A stretch of 64,000 nt of DNA from Rikenellaceae bacterium (GCA_017442365.1 JAFRZW010000004.1:13445-77444), one strand, 5' to 3'. Counted from the stretch's first letter, positions 28,952 to 39,295 are shown. Numbers and translations are program-made. Notes: a model not told the origin generated them from the letters alone.

Positions 28952-29956
28952 ATGAAACGTATTGTTATCCCTGTGCTGATTATTCTTGGCGCAGTGTTGT
29001 CGGCATTCGCGGCATCGCCCCGCCACGCAAAGCGTTCGGCACACGACTATACGATCGAGCGTTACGACTCGCTTTATGGCGATATTGCGGTTACGATCGA
29101 TCGCCCGACGCAATTGATCAAGGGTGCGCCGACCTATATCGTATTCTTCGCTCTGCCCAATACCAATACCGTAAAATGGATCTCGGGTCGAAAAGTGGAG
29201 GAAGGTGGCGATCGTCGCTACAATATTCAGCACGTGGGTGCGCAGACCCGTTTCCTGCGCGATAAAATGCCCGATTGCAATCTGTTGGTTGCCTATATGG
29301 GCGAGAAGAATCGTTCGTGGCCGACCTATATCCGCAACCGCGAGCGTTCGGGTGAGATCGTGCGCGATATTATCGACAGCATTACCAATCTATATAAGGC
29401 ATACGATCCTCGCGTGGTGCTGAGTGGTCATAGCGGTGGCGGTCGTGTGTTGTTGCGCTATATCGAGCAGGTACGCGAAATCCCCAATCACGTTGAGCGA
29501 ATCGTGATCCTCGATAGCGACTACGCTTACGACGACGCGTTGCACCTCGACAAGTTGGTTGAATGGTTGGATAAATCGAAACGACACACGCTATTTACGT
29601 CGGTCTATTGCGATAGCGTTGTTGTGTCGAATGGCAAGAATATCGTGTCGCCACGTGGTGGAACGTGGTATCGTACGGGCTGGTTGCGTCGTGGTCTGGC
29701 CGAGCACTACGACTTCACGACCGAGCAAGTCGATTCGTCGCTGACCTACTACGAGGGCAAGCGTGGCCAGATTCAGATGTGGTTCAAGATGACTACGCCC
29801 GAGGTTAGCTATCATAGCACGTTGGTTGATCGTAACGGATTCATTCAGTCGATGTTAGGTGGCACGAAACTCGATGGCGATGGTTATGTATATTGGGGCG
29901 AACGCGCCTATAATAACTACATCGAGGATCACCCGAAGACCGAGAATCTCGATTAA
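28952..29956 (+). CDS. Exported alpha/beta-hydrolase-like protein
   Basis: Signal peptide; LSGHSGGG nucleophile elbow, ILDSDY and late His (SYHS). Confidence 0.6.
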   Translation: MKRIVIPVLIILGAVLSAFAASPRHAKRSAHDYTIERYDSLYGDIAVTIDRPTQLIKGAPTYIVFFALPNTNTVKWISGRKVEEGGDRRYNIQHVGAQTRFLRDKMPDCNLLVAYMGEKNRSWPTYIRNRERSGEIVRDIIDSITNLYKAYDPRVVLSGHSGGGRVLLRYIEQVREIPNHVERIVILDSDYAYDDALHLDKLVEWLDKSKRHTLFTSVYCDSVVVSNGKNIVSPRGGTWYRTGWLRRGLAEHYDFTTEQVDSSLTYYEGKRGQIQMWFKMTTPEVSYHSTLVDRNGFIQSMLGGTKLDGDGYVYWGERAYNNYIEDHPKTENLD

Positions 29957-29963
29957 AAGAACC

Positions 29964-30003
29964 AAACCCGCAATGCACTTTTTTGCGTTGCGGGTTTCTT
30001 TTT
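29964..30003 (+). terminator. Intrinsic terminator of the rho-nuclease-hydrolase unit
   Basis: AAACCCGCAATGCA / TGCGTTGCGGGTTT followed by CTTTTT. Confidence 0.8.
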
Positions 30004-30043
30004 GCTGAAAATTGACTATCTTTGTGCTTGCTAAAACACTGAT

Positions 30044-30118
30044 GCGGGTGTAGCTCAGTGGTAGAGCATCGGCTTCCCAAGCCGAGAGCCACGGGTTCGA
30101 CCCCCGCCACCCGCTCCA
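30044..30118 (+). tRNA. tRNA-Gly (CCC), CCA encoded
   Basis: GCGGGTG/CACCCGC acceptor stem, TCGGC-TTCCCAA-GCCGA anticodon arm, GGTTCGA T loop; -7 box at 30017-30024. Confidence 0.9.
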
Positions 30119-30125
30119 TAAAAAG

Positions 30126-30166
30126 AAGATTCCCGAAACGTTACCGTCTCGGGAATCTTTCGTTTT
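30126..30166. terminator. Terminator between tRNA-Gly and the thioesterase
   Basis: AAGATTCCCGA / TCGGGAATCTT inverted repeat. Confidence 0.8.
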
Positions 30167-30187
30167 ATAACCTGCTTATCGCGTAGT

Positions 30188-30601
30188 TTAATCCTCTAAG
30201 CCTGCCTTGCGCAGTACGTCCAAAAACCATTCGGGAGCGCGGCAAGGACGACGTGTCGTGCTGTGCATAAAACCGAGCACCACCTTACCCTTGTTGATCA
30301 ACTCCTCGCGCTGATTATAGACATCATAGAAGAACTCAATGCGAGCCATCGGCATCTTCTCCACTCGCACAACGAACGTCAGCAGATCGTCGTAATATGC
30401 GGGAGCATAGTAGTGCAGCTGCACATCGACTACGGGCATCATCACTCCACGATCCTCCATCTCCTTATACGAAAGACCGAGCTGACGAATTGCCTCGCCG
30501 CGAGCCTCCTCGAAATATGCTACATAGTTCGAGTGATGGATAATACCCATCTGGTCGGTGTCGCGGTAGCGAGCACGTATTTGTACCTTATATTCGAGCA
30601 T
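30188..30601 (-). CDS. Acyl-CoA thioesterase (YbgC/FadM, hot-dog fold)
   Basis: RARYRDTDQMGIIHHSNY motif. Confidence 0.9.
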   Translation of the reverse strand: MLEYKVQIRARYRDTDQMGIIHHSNYVAYFEEARGEAIRQLGLSYKEMEDRGVMMPVVDVQLHYYAPAYYDDLLTFVVRVEKMPMARIEFFYDVYNQREELINKGKVVLGFMHSTTRRPCRAPEWFLDVLRKAGLED

Positions 30602-30605
30602 TGCT

Positions 30606-32078
30606 TTACTCGCCACGGCTGTAATTGGGAGCCTCGCGCGTGATAGCTACATCGTGCGGGTGCGACTCCTGAACGCCCGAATTGGTAATACGGATAAACT
30701 GAGCCTTCTTCAATGCCTCGATATTCTTGGCACCTACGTAACCCATACCCGAACGCAGACCACCTACCAGCTGGTAGATAACCTCAGCCAACGTGCCCTT
30801 GAACGGAACGCGTGCTGCGATACCCTCGGGAACAAGTTTCTTGGTATCAGTCTCGTTACCCTGGAAGTAGCGATCCTTCGAACCACACTGCATAGCCTCC
30901 AACGAACCCATACCGCGATAGGTCTTGAACTTACGACCGTTGTAGATGATAGTCTCACCGGGCGACTCCTCAACACCTGCAAACATCGAACCTGCCATTA
31001 CGCAATCGCCACCGGCAGCCAATGCCTTAACAATATCGCCCGAGTAGCGCAGACCGCCATCGGCAATAATACCCACATCGCTACCCTTCAACGCCTTAGC
31101 CACGTCGTAGATAGCCTCCAACTGAGGAACACCGACACCTGCGATTACGCGAGTCGTACAGATCGAACCGGGACCGATACCAACCTTAACGCCATCAGCA
31201 CCTGCGTCAGCCAAGTAGCGAGCAGCCTCGCCCGTTGCGATATTACCAACCACAACGTCAATATCGGTATATGTTGCCTTGATCTGTTTCAGCAGATTGA
31301 CGATATTCTTCGAGTGTCCGTGAGCCGAGTCGAGTACCACAACATCGACCTGCGAGTCGTACAGAGCAGCCACACGCTCCATCGAGTCGGGCGTAACGCC
31401 CACACCGGCAGCCACACGCAGACGACCCTTAGCGTCCTTGCAAGCATTGGGATTCTGCTGAACCTTGGTGATATCCTTATAGGTAAGCAGACCAACCAAC
31501 TTGCCATTGGCATCAACTACGGGCAGTTTCTCGATCTTGTTCTGCAACAGCACGTCGGCAGCGTGGGCCAAATCGGGGTTGGTGGTCGTAACCAGACCCT
31601 CGTGGGTCATCACCTCCTCGATCTTACGCGACATATCGCGCTGGAAACGCAGGTCGCGGTTGGTTACGATACCGATCAGAATGTTCGCGTCATTCACAAC
31701 GGGAATACCACCGATCTTGTTGTCGTGCATCAATTTGAGCGCATCGCCTACGGTGTTATCCTTCGAAATAGTGATGGGATCGTAGATCATACCATTCTCG
31801 GCGCGCTTAACCTTGCGCACCTGAGCTGCCTGAGCTGCGATGCTCATATTCTTATGAATCACACCGATACCACCCTCACGAGCGATGGCAATAGCCAATT
31901 CGGCCTCGGTTACGGTATCCATTGCAGCCGAAACGATCGGAGTGTTAAGACGAATGTTGCGAGTGAATTTCGATGTGATATCCACTTCGCGGGGCAATAC
32001 TTCCGAGTATGCCGGAACGAGGAGCACGTCGTCGAACGTCAGGCCCTCGGTCTTGATTCTATCGGTAATAAATGACAT
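30606..32078 (-). CDS. guaB: IMP dehydrogenase with CBS pair
   Basis: [30 protein letters not shown] and YRGMGS motifs. Confidence 0.98.
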   Translation of the reverse strand: MSFITDRIKTEGLTFDDVLLVPAYSEVLPREVDITSKFTRNIRLNTPIVSAAMDTVTEAELAIAIAREGGIGVIHKNMSIAAQAAQVRKVKRAENGMIYDPITISKDNTVGDALKLMHDNKIGGIPVVNDANILIGIVTNRDLRFQRDMSRKIEEVMTHEGLVTTTNPDLAHAADVLLQNKIEKLPVVDANGKLVGLLTYKDITKVQQNPNACKDAKGRLRVAAGVGVTPDSMERVAALYDSQVDVVVLDSAHGHSKNIVNLLKQIKATYTDIDVVVGNIATGEAARYLADAGADGVKVGIGPGSICTTRVIAGVGVPQLEAIYDVAKALKGSDVGIIADGGLRYSGDIVKALAAGGDCVMAGSMFAGVEESPGETIIYNGRKFKTYRGMGSLEAMQCGSKDRYFQGNETDTKKLVPEGIAARVPFKGTLAEVIYQLVGGLRSGMGYVGAKNIEALKKAQFIRITNSGVQESHPHDVAITREAPNYSRGE

Positions 32079-32146
32079 AAGCTATATGGGTTTTAATTGA
32101 CAAAGGTAGCAATTTTTTTCGAATCGCAGATATATTTTTCTTATTT

Positions 32147-32905
32147 TTATCCGACGCGCTCAATAAATCCGATTTGTATGGGTTTTTCCAAGTTGAACAT
32201 CGAGGCAAAATCAAGGTTCAACCCACTATGTGAGATCATCAATACGGCCGCACCCTGCCCCTCGATCTGCACTCGGTAGCGCCCGTTGGGAGGCAGTAGT
32301 TTGTAAGGATCTGCCACATACTCTTTCAAATTGGCAATCAGTATATAAGGGCGTCCCAACAGACGCATTGCGTGAGCCATATCGCCTTCGGCAATCAGAC
32401 CTCGCACGACGGTCGAACTGACCTTCTCGTCGTCGATCTGCTGGCGCGATATCTCGCAGACTTCAAAACCGCACTCCTCTTGCAACGATTGCAGAAAACG
32501 AAAGTCGCCATTCTTATTGTGTCCGAAATGGTGATTATACCCTACCACCAATGTCCGCACACCTATCTTTTCGACCAGATAATTTCGCACGTACTCTTCT
32601 GATGATAAGCGGCTGAACTCCTCGGTAAATGGAGCAACAATCAGATGATCAATGCCAACCTCTTCGAGCAGCACCATCTTCTCGTCGAGCGTATTGAGTA
32701 ACATCAAACCCTCGGCCTTGCCCAACACGATTCGTGGGTGAGGTGCGAAAGTTACGACAATGCTCTCGCCATTGTTCTGCTCGGCAATCTCGTTGATGCG
32801 TTGCAGTATAGCCCGATGACCACAATGAACACCATCGTACGATCCGACCGTTACGACGGGCGAACGAAACGCAGGCAGTGAGTCGAAACCGTAATGGACT
32901 TTCAT
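32147..32905 (-). CDS. ribF: RibF-like FAD synthetase (FMN adenylyltransferase) domain with degenerate kinase remnant
   Basis: GSYDGVHCGH, TFAPHP, VVGYNHHFG and VSSTVVR motifs; only 252 aa, with no PTAN motif. Confidence 0.8.
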   Translation of the reverse strand: MKVHYGFDSLPAFRSPVVTVGSYDGVHCGHRAILQRINEIAEQNNGESIVVTFAPHPRIVLGKAEGLMLLNTLDEKMVLLEEVGIDHLIVAPFTEEFSRLSSEEYVRNYLVEKIGVRTLVVGYNHHFGHNKNGDFRFLQSLQEECGFEVCEISRQQIDDEKVSSTVVRGLIAEGDMAHAMRLLGRPYILIANLKEYVADPYKLLPPNGRYRVQIEGQGAAVLMISHSGLNLDFASMFNLEKPIQIGFIERVG

Positions 32906-32908
32906 CGC

Positions 32909-33556
32909 TTAAATATCTTTTTCTTCGTTCTCTTTAACGAAATAGGCCACTTTTTCGAGCAGAGTTGTGATATCGTAGTTCTCGACCACAATGCCGTGAG
33001 GCAGGTTGAGAGGTTTCGATGTGAAGTTCAGCACACCCTTGATACCCGCATTGATGATCGGAACCTCCATCTCCGAGGCTACACGCGCGGGCGACGATAG
33101 CACTATGATATTGACGCCCAGCTCGGCAACCCGCTCCTCAAATTCGTCCATATGAAATACCGGAATGTTGTCAATCATCGTTCCGACTTTGTTTTGGTCG
33201 ATGTCGAATGCTGCGATGATTTTCAGTTTCAAGTCCTTGCTATTGAAGTACTTTGTGATTGCTTGTCCAAGGTGTCCCATACCGATTACTCCGATATTCA
33301 TCGGGGATTCGCTATCGAGAATCGACGAGATGAAATCGATCAATACCTTCACGTCGTAGCCCTTCTTTGTATCGCTTGAAAAGCCGATCAGCATCAAATC
33401 GCGGCGCACCTGTACGGCTGTAATGCCGTGCATACCTGCCAGCACGTGCGAAAAAATGTGTGTAATGCCCTGCTTATGGCAGCGCAACAATGTACGTCGA
33501 TATTCGCTCAGACGCTCGATGGTCTTTTCGGGGATATTGCTCGGAAGATTGCTCAT
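32909..33556 (-). CDS. rex: Redox-sensing repressor Rex
   Basis: TIERLSEY, VRRDL, KKGYDV, GMGHLG and GVLNF motifs. Confidence 0.93.
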   Translation of the reverse strand: MSNLPSNIPEKTIERLSEYRRTLLRCHKQGITHIFSHVLAGMHGITAVQVRRDLMLIGFSSDTKKGYDVKVLIDFISSILDSESPMNIGVIGMGHLGQAITKYFNSKDLKLKIIAAFDIDQNKVGTMIDNIPVFHMDEFEERVAELGVNIIVLSSPARVASEMEVPIINAGIKGVLNFTSKPLNLPHGIVVENYDITTLLEKVAYFVKENEEKDI

Positions 33557-33625
33557 CGTTTTATGACTTTTGGTTACAATGTACAAAGATAGCGATTCCC
33601 TTTGAAATTTCGGTCATCACAGCTA

Positions 33626-33661
33626 AAAATAAACGATCGCCACGTTGTGTAGCGATCGTTT
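33626..33661 (-). terminator. Terminator after the GIN-domain gene
   Basis: AAACGATCGC / GCGATCGTTT stem with a T tract on the minus strand. Confidence 0.75.
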
Positions 33662-33686
33662 GCAAGTCGGGTTGTAATGACTTTTC

Positions 33687-34409
33687 TTAGCGATTTCCGA
33701 GAGTCGAACCACCCTTCAAACTCACCTTGCCAATCTCGCAGTCGCCCTTGAAGTAAAGTGAGCTATTGCCCGTCAGATCAGCAACATCAATGCGATCGTT
33801 GCACTGAATTTTGGCATCGCTGCCACCTGCCAATTCGCAAGCTGCATTCTTGGTCTTGAAGTTGTAGCCATTGAATTTTGCGCCACCTTCCATTACGAGT
33901 TTCATCTCGGCAGCCTTACCGGTCAATTCGCACTTTGCGTTGCCGATCATCTCAACCTGAACGGTTTGGCGTGCATCGAGTTTCATCTCAACCTGAGCAC
34001 CGCCCATCAATTTGAGCGTCATACCCTCGACCACGATCTCCTCCTTGATATTGAATTTGCTGTTAGCACCTACGGTCAGCGCGGTTACAGCTCCATTGTT
34101 GGGTACGGTTACAACCACATCTTTTTTGGGCTTGACCGTTTCGCCTGTTTTGAAACGGATAACCAGCTCGCCACCGATAACCTCTGTTACAATATACTCG
34201 CAAACATTCTCGTCAGCCGAAACAACGATACCCGAGAACTGATCGCGCGAAAAATTAAGTGCAATGCCGTCTGCAACCGAGATGGCGGTGTAGTTCTCGA
34301 TCGTGCGGGCATCTTTCTTCTCGTTGCCGTTACCCTTGATCGGATTTTTTGCTTGGCACATTGCTACGGCCATTACGATCATTGCGGCCGTCAAGATCAA
34401 TTTCTTCAT
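33687..34409 (-). CDS. Head GIN-domain (DUF2807-like) exported beta-helix protein
   Basis: Signal peptide, IKGNG, VSADENV.EYI.TEV.GGEL.I and repeated GGA/GNA beta-helix turns. Confidence 0.8.
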   Translation of the reverse strand: MKKLILTAAMIVMAVAMCQAKNPIKGNGNEKKDARTIENYTAISVADGIALNFSRDQFSGIVVSADENVCEYIVTEVIGGELVIRFKTGETVKPKKDVVVTVPNNGAVTALTVGANSKFNIKEEIVVEGMTLKLMGGAQVEMKLDARQTVQVEMIGNAKCELTGKAAEMKLVMEGGAKFNGYNFKTKNAACELAGGSDAKIQCNDRIDVADLTGNSSLYFKGDCEIGKVSLKGGSTLGNR

Positions 34410-34451
34410 TTTTTGTATCTGTTTTTAATAAATTACCAATGCTCTAACGGT

Positions 34452-36266
34452 TTATTCGCCCGAAATCGTATAATTATTGTTGTAACGAACGATTACCCAT
34501 TCGTTATTCACGTATGTATCACCCATTTGAGCCTGCGCAAATCTATATTGAGTTTGCAACGGTTTGTGAGTTGCCGACTGCACATACCCCACTACGCCCA
34601 GATTCGACAACACCGCGCGACCGAAAATCACCGCTGCGTCGTAACCTCTGTACGAGTACATCGACGGTAGCGACTGATAAGCATCGATGTAGCGACCATC
34701 GAAGCGATCAATCACTTCGTTGCCACGCTTGGCCAAGTACGATGTCAGATAGCAGACGCCCATTTTGAAAAAGAGGTTGCGGTCGATATTGTTAAAGCGA
34801 TTCCAGCGCGATGATCCGACCACATTGACCGTGGCAGAGTGCAGTTGCGAACGGCTAACTAAGTTGTTGTGTGCCGAACTCAATGCCGCCATAATCTTAT
34901 CAACCTCCAACTCATTACGAGCCATCACCACGTAAATATTGCGACACTCGCTCTTGAATAGATTCGATGGCACATCGCCGCCTGAGTAATTATACGTGCG
35001 GTAGCTTTTGCCCATAAGCGCACTCTTGATCTCAGCCTCCAATTCCGTGTCATTCGATTGTCCGTAGATCAGTACGATGTTATCCTCTTGTGCGAAAATT
35101 GTAGCCATTTTATTGACTTTACAGCTCTCTTTGGGGGCCAAGCCGAACAGCACGGGAGCGTGCAACGAATCGGTTGATGCCAATGGCGACACAACAGCTA
35201 TACGATTCTCAATGGCATACGGCAGTACAGCTTGCAACTCGTTATCATACACAGGCCCTACAATGAGATTTGCGGCGGCGAACTCCTCACTCGCAACAAT
35301 CTGCTCGACAGCCTGCTCCGAGCGAGCCGAGTTGTATAGATCAATCGTGAATGATTGCCCCTCTGCCTTCAAATCCTCCATTCCAAGCAGGAAGCCTTGA
35401 TAAAATTCCAAGTAGCTCGCATTGGCTGCACCCTCGGCACGCAACGGTAGCATCAGTGCGATTCGTGCGTGGCGACTATCCTCGACCGTTGTGATCTCAA
35501 CATTCTCGAACACAGGCGGTTGCTCAATATCCGTAGGCTGCTGAACGGGTGTCTCGGGTTGATTTTCGGAGGGCAGCTGCGGCTGCTCGGCAATGCCTAC
35601 ACGCACCATAGTACCAGCTTTCAGTCCGTCGGTCAGCGAGTTCCACTCGATCAAATCCTCTTGCGAAATACCATAGAGTTTGCTGAGCGAGTAGATCGTT
35701 TCACCGTGCGCCACCAAGTGGTAGATGTAGTCGGTCGATACGCTATTCAGAGCCTCTTTATACTCGTTAAGCTGCTCCATTGTTTGACGCTCGTTGCCGT
35801 CGCCTTTGCTGTTCTTGCGGATTAGAACTTTCTGCCCGATAGCTAAGTGCGTCGGATCGAGCGCAAGGTTATCTTCGAGCAGCGTTGCTACGGGTACGGC
35901 ATACATACGCGAGATCGAATATACGGTTTCGCCCTGCTTTACCTCGTGTTCATCGAACAGACGATTGATCTTGCGTTGCGACATCTTCGGTGCCGACACT
36001 CCCACTGCCGGGATTTTCAGCACCTGTCCTGCCTTCAAACCTCCGGCAACCAACGGATTGTAATGCACGATAGCTGCCGTTGAGACGTCGTAGGCCTTGG
36101 CCAACGAGTAGAGCGTCTGTCCCGCCTCAACCGTATGCACATAGTAGCTATCGCCCTCGATACGCACGATGCTCTCTGAGCGTCGCACGTCGGGTGATTG
36201 TCCCATCGCATCGAGACCCATTGTAAGCGCAGCCAACGCCATTATGGTAATCAATAGTTTCTTCAT
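34452..36266 (-). CDS. Exported protein with 3 LysM repeats and a periplasmic-binding-protein-like C-terminal domain
   Basis: HTVEAGQTLYSLA, HEVKQGETVYSIS, HLVAHGETIYSLS; IALMLPL...EFYQGFLLG...IVGPVY. Confidence 0.85.
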   Translation of the reverse strand: MKKLLITIMALAALTMGLDAMGQSPDVRRSESIVRIEGDSYYVHTVEAGQTLYSLAKAYDVSTAAIVHYNPLVAGGLKAGQVLKIPAVGVSAPKMSQRKINRLFDEHEVKQGETVYSISRMYAVPVATLLEDNLALDPTHLAIGQKVLIRKNSKGDGNERQTMEQLNEYKEALNSVSTDYIYHLVAHGETIYSLSKLYGISQEDLIEWNSLTDGLKAGTMVRVGIAEQPQLPSENQPETPVQQPTDIEQPPVFENVEITTVEDSRHARIALMLPLRAEGAANASYLEFYQGFLLGMEDLKAEGQSFTIDLYNSARSEQAVEQIVASEEFAAANLIVGPVYDNELQAVLPYAIENRIAVVSPLASTDSLHAPVLFGLAPKESCKVNKMATIFAQEDNIVLIYGQSNDTELEAEIKSALMGKSYRTYNYSGGDVPSNLFKSECRNIYVVMARNELEVDKIMAALSSAHNNLVSRSQLHSATVNVVGSSRWNRFNNIDRNLFFKMGVCYLTSYLAKRGNEVIDRFDGRYIDAYQSLPSMYSYRGYDAAVIFGRAVLSNLGVVGYVQSATHKPLQTQYRFAQAQMGDTYVNNEWVIVRYNNNYTISGE

Positions 36267-36282
36267 TGCAATCTCTCTCAAA

Positions 36283-37047
36283 CTATTTTTTGTCGCGCAG
36301 ACGAATCTCGGTGATTACCTTTTTAGTATATAGCGGGAAATCGCCATTCATCATCCAAGCGTAGTAGCTCGGCTCCTCGCGGAACACTTCGGCAACCGAG
36401 CGTCCCTTGTATTTGCCAAATCCGAACACCTCTTCGCCCTTTTCGTTATAGAGGATTCGACCGGCATAATCGGCCGACTGTCCTCGTGCCGAGAAATCAG
36501 CCAAATAGGCTACGTCGTTTTGCAGGTCGGGATAACGATCCAGCTGTGCCATCAGTACCTCGTATGTAGCCAACGTGTCGGCCTCGGCCGAGTGAGCGTT
36601 ATCCAACTCCTTATCACAATAGAACTTATACGCGGCTGTCAGTGTGCGCTGCTCCATCTTGTGAAAAATATTCTGCACGTCGATAAATTTTCGATTCTTA
36701 AAATCGACATTAACACCTGCGCGCAGGAACTCCTCGATCAGCACCGGCACATCAAACTTATTCGAGTTGAAACCTCCAAAGTCGCACCCTTCGAGATAGG
36801 CTGCCAGCGACTTGGCAATTGCGCGGAAAGGCGGCTCATTAGCCACATCTTCGTCCGTAATGCCGTGCACCGCTGTCGCCTCCTCGGGAATGTGCATTTC
36901 GGGGTTCAAACGGCGGGTTTTGACCTCCTTACTTCCATCGGGAAAGACCTTGACGGTCGATATCTCGACAATGCGGTCGCGCGAAGGATCGACACCCGTC
37001 GTTTCGAGATCGAAAAAGACGATCGGATTTTTAAGGTTTAATTGCAT
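36283..37047 (-). CDS. DEDDh 3'-5' exonuclease (DnaQ-like)
   Basis: FFDLETTG, GFNSNKFD and HSAEAD motifs. Confidence 0.92.
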   Translation of the reverse strand: MQLNLKNPIVFFDLETTGVDPSRDRIVEISTVKVFPDGSKEVKTRRLNPEMHIPEEATAVHGITDEDVANEPPFRAIAKSLAAYLEGCDFGGFNSNKFDVPVLIEEFLRAGVNVDFKNRKFIDVQNIFHKMEQRTLTAAYKFYCDKELDNAHSAEADTLATYEVLMAQLDRYPDLQNDVAYLADFSARGQSADYAGRILYNEKGEEVFGFGKYKGRSVAEVFREEPSYYAWMMNGDFPLYTKKVITEIRLRDKK

Positions 37048-37057
37048 CGCTTGCGCC

Positions 37058-38182
37058 TTATGCGTTAATCATCATAGGCATCAACAGCATCAGCGTATCG
37101 CTGTTCTGCTTGTCGTCATAAACGGGCTTGAAGACGCCTGCACGGGTCGAATCTGCCAACTCGATCTGCACGGTCGGGGTCTCGGTGTTAGCCAAGATCT
37201 CAACCAGGAAGGTCGATTTGAAACCGATCGTGATAGGCTCGCCATCGTAGCTGCACGACAGCGACTCCTTAGCCGAAACCGAGAAATCGAGGTCCTGTGC
37301 TGTCAGATTCACTGTGTTGCCTGCAACGTCCATACGGATCAGGTTTGTAGCCTGATTCGAGCACACAGCCACGCGCTTGATGCCATTCAGCAACTCGATG
37401 CGGTCGATCAGCACCTTGTTGGGATTAGCTGTCGGGATTACCGCATTGTAGTTCGGGTAGTTACCCTCGATCAAGCGGCAAACCAACGTGTGGCTTGTCA
37501 GTTCGAAAATCACATTCTTGTTGTCGAAGCTAACCTTAATTGCGTCGTCCTCTTTCAGCAGCACGCTCTTTAACAAGTTAGCGGGTTTCTTGGGCAGAAT
37601 GAACGATGCTGCCACCTCCGACTGAGCCTCAGCCGTATAGCGTACCAACTTGTGAGCGTCGGTGCCTACGAACGTAGTAGCCTCGGGCTGAATATTGATA
37701 AATACACCATTCATTACGGGACGCAACTCGTCGTCAGCCGTAGCGAAGATCGTTTTGTTGATACCAGCAACCAGTGTATCGACATCAAACTCGATCTCCT
37801 TCTTATCCTCAGCCAATGCAGGCAGCGCGGGATAGCTCATACCCGATACGCCGGGAATCGACGAAACACCACTATTCCAGCAGATCTTGATCTCCCAAGT
37901 CGAGTCATTAACCTCGATGGTCAAGGGCATTTCGGGGAACTCTTTAAGCGAATCGAGCATCAGTCGTGCGGGAGCAGCGATAACACCCTCCTGCTCGATG
38001 TTATCCACCTCGATACTGCCAATCAGCGTGGTTTCGAGATCCGATGCGGTAACCTTCAAGCGGCTATCGCGCAACTCGAACAAGAAGTAATCGAGAATAG
38101 GCAACTGATTTTTATTGCTGATAACTTTGCCCGTGGTAGCCAGCAACGACAACAGGGCAGAACTTGAAACTGAAAATTTCAT
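37058..38182 (-). CDS. dnaN: DNA polymerase III beta clamp
   Basis: TASDLET, DELRPVMNG, GTDAHKL, GNYPNY..VIP and LLMPM motifs. Confidence 0.97.
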   Translation of the reverse strand: MKFSVSSSALLSLLATTGKVISNKNQLPILDYFLFELRDSRLKVTASDLETTLIGSIEVDNIEQEGVIAAPARLMLDSLKEFPEMPLTIEVNDSTWEIKICWNSGVSSIPGVSGMSYPALPALAEDKKEIEFDVDTLVAGINKTIFATADDELRPVMNGVFINIQPEATTFVGTDAHKLVRYTAEAQSEVAASFILPKKPANLLKSVLLKEDDAIKVSFDNKNVIFELTSHTLVCRLIEGNYPNYNAVIPTANPNKVLIDRIELLNGIKRVAVCSNQATNLIRMDVAGNTVNLTAQDLDFSVSAKESLSCSYDGEPITIGFKSTFLVEILANTETPTVQIELADSTRAGVFKPVYDDKQNSDTLMLLMPMMINA

Positions 38183-38225
38183 AACTCTTTGTTTTTCTTT
38201 TACTTTATTTGTTTATACTCTTTTG

Positions 38226-39107
38226 TTATCTGTTTTCCGAGGCCAAACGGTCGAGAGCCATCTCGATCATCTGACGCACATAGGGCTTATAGTCGGTTTC
38301 GACATTGAGCGCTACTCGCTGAGCGATAATGGTGCAGATCGTAGCCGCGCGGTGCCCCATCAAAGCTGCCAAACCAGCCAAAGCCGAGCCCTCCATCTCG
38401 AAGTTGGTAATACGACGCTCGCCGAAACGGAACGACTCGATCTTGGTATTCAGCATATTGTCCGCAGGCTCCAATCGCACCCAGCGACCTTGCGGAGCGT
38501 AGAACCCGGGAGCTGAGATCGTGATACCCTCCATTGTCGCGTCGCGGAACAAGTCCAAAAGCGACTTGTCAGCATTGATAAAATATGGCTTTGGGAGCAA
38601 CTCGCTCCAAGCGGTATGTTCTATAAATGCCTGCTCGATAGCCAAATCGCACACCTGGTTGCGGCCCTTGTAGTAGTTGAGCAATCCATCAAAGCCTACT
38701 GACGAGCGCGAGAAAACAGCCGTTCCGACCTTAATGTCGGGCTGTATTGCTCCCGAAGTGCCTAATCGCACGAGAGTCAGCTGGCGCAGCTCGGGCCTGA
38801 CTTGTCGCGTAGCAAAGTCAATATTGACCAATGCGTCCAATTCGGTTACAACGATATCGATATTGTCGGTGCCAATGCCTGTCGAGATTACCGACATACG
38901 TTTGCCTTTGTAGGTACCTGTGATGGTTACGAACTCGCGGTTTGCCACGCGGCACTCCTGATTGTCGAAATACGATGCAACCATCTCAACTCGTGCGGGA
39001 TCACCAACGAGCAAAACGGTGTCGGCAAGTTGTTCTGGCCTAAGATGCAGGTGAAAAATCGACCCATCATCATTGATAATTAACTCAGAAGATGGAATAG
39101 TTCTCAT
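38226..39107 (-). CDS. Nucleoside (uridine) phosphorylase
   Basis: LVGDPARV, NREF.TITG, STGIG, RLGTSG, GFYAPQGR and NFEME motifs. Confidence 0.9.
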   Translation of the reverse strand: MRTIPSSELIINDDGSIFHLHLRPEQLADTVLLVGDPARVEMVASYFDNQECRVANREFVTITGTYKGKRMSVISTGIGTDNIDIVVTELDALVNIDFATRQVRPELRQLTLVRLGTSGAIQPDIKVGTAVFSRSSVGFDGLLNYYKGRNQVCDLAIEQAFIEHTAWSELLPKPYFINADKSLLDLFRDATMEGITISAPGFYAPQGRWVRLEPADNMLNTKIESFRFGERRITNFEMEGSALAGLAALMGHRAATICTIIAQRVALNVETDYKPYVRQMIEMALDRLASENR

Positions 39108-39295
39108 ATAGCTACATTTTATATCGTACATATTAATTGGGTAAAAGTACGAATTTTATTGAAAAAAAACAAGCATTTGCCAATAAAATGCCAAATCGTC
39201 GAAATTTTTCGAAATTTGATGCGCAATTTCAACTCTTTTATTATATCTTTACAAGTCAAAAGAGACTAAAATAAACTAAATAACACCTTGTAATA

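Noticed and set aside
18809-30118. Integration scars at tRNA-Leu or tRNA-Gly
   Set aside because: No duplicated tRNA 3' ends and no integrase were found in the window.
30654-32075. 473-aa antisense ORF spanning guaB, and similar long antisense ORFs over recQ (16126-17469), glyA (42855-44489), feoB, rho and trkH
   Set aside because: Those checked (guaB, glyA, recQ) are in codon register with the real gene, so they stay open simply because TTA, CTA and TCA codons are rare. They have no recognisable motifs or promoters.
33590-33690. Rex operator upstream of rex or elsewhere in the window
   Set aside because: No convincing TTGTGAA-N4-TTCACAA palindrome; the palindrome here is a terminator stem, and the best other match (near 63393-63410) has 4 mismatches.
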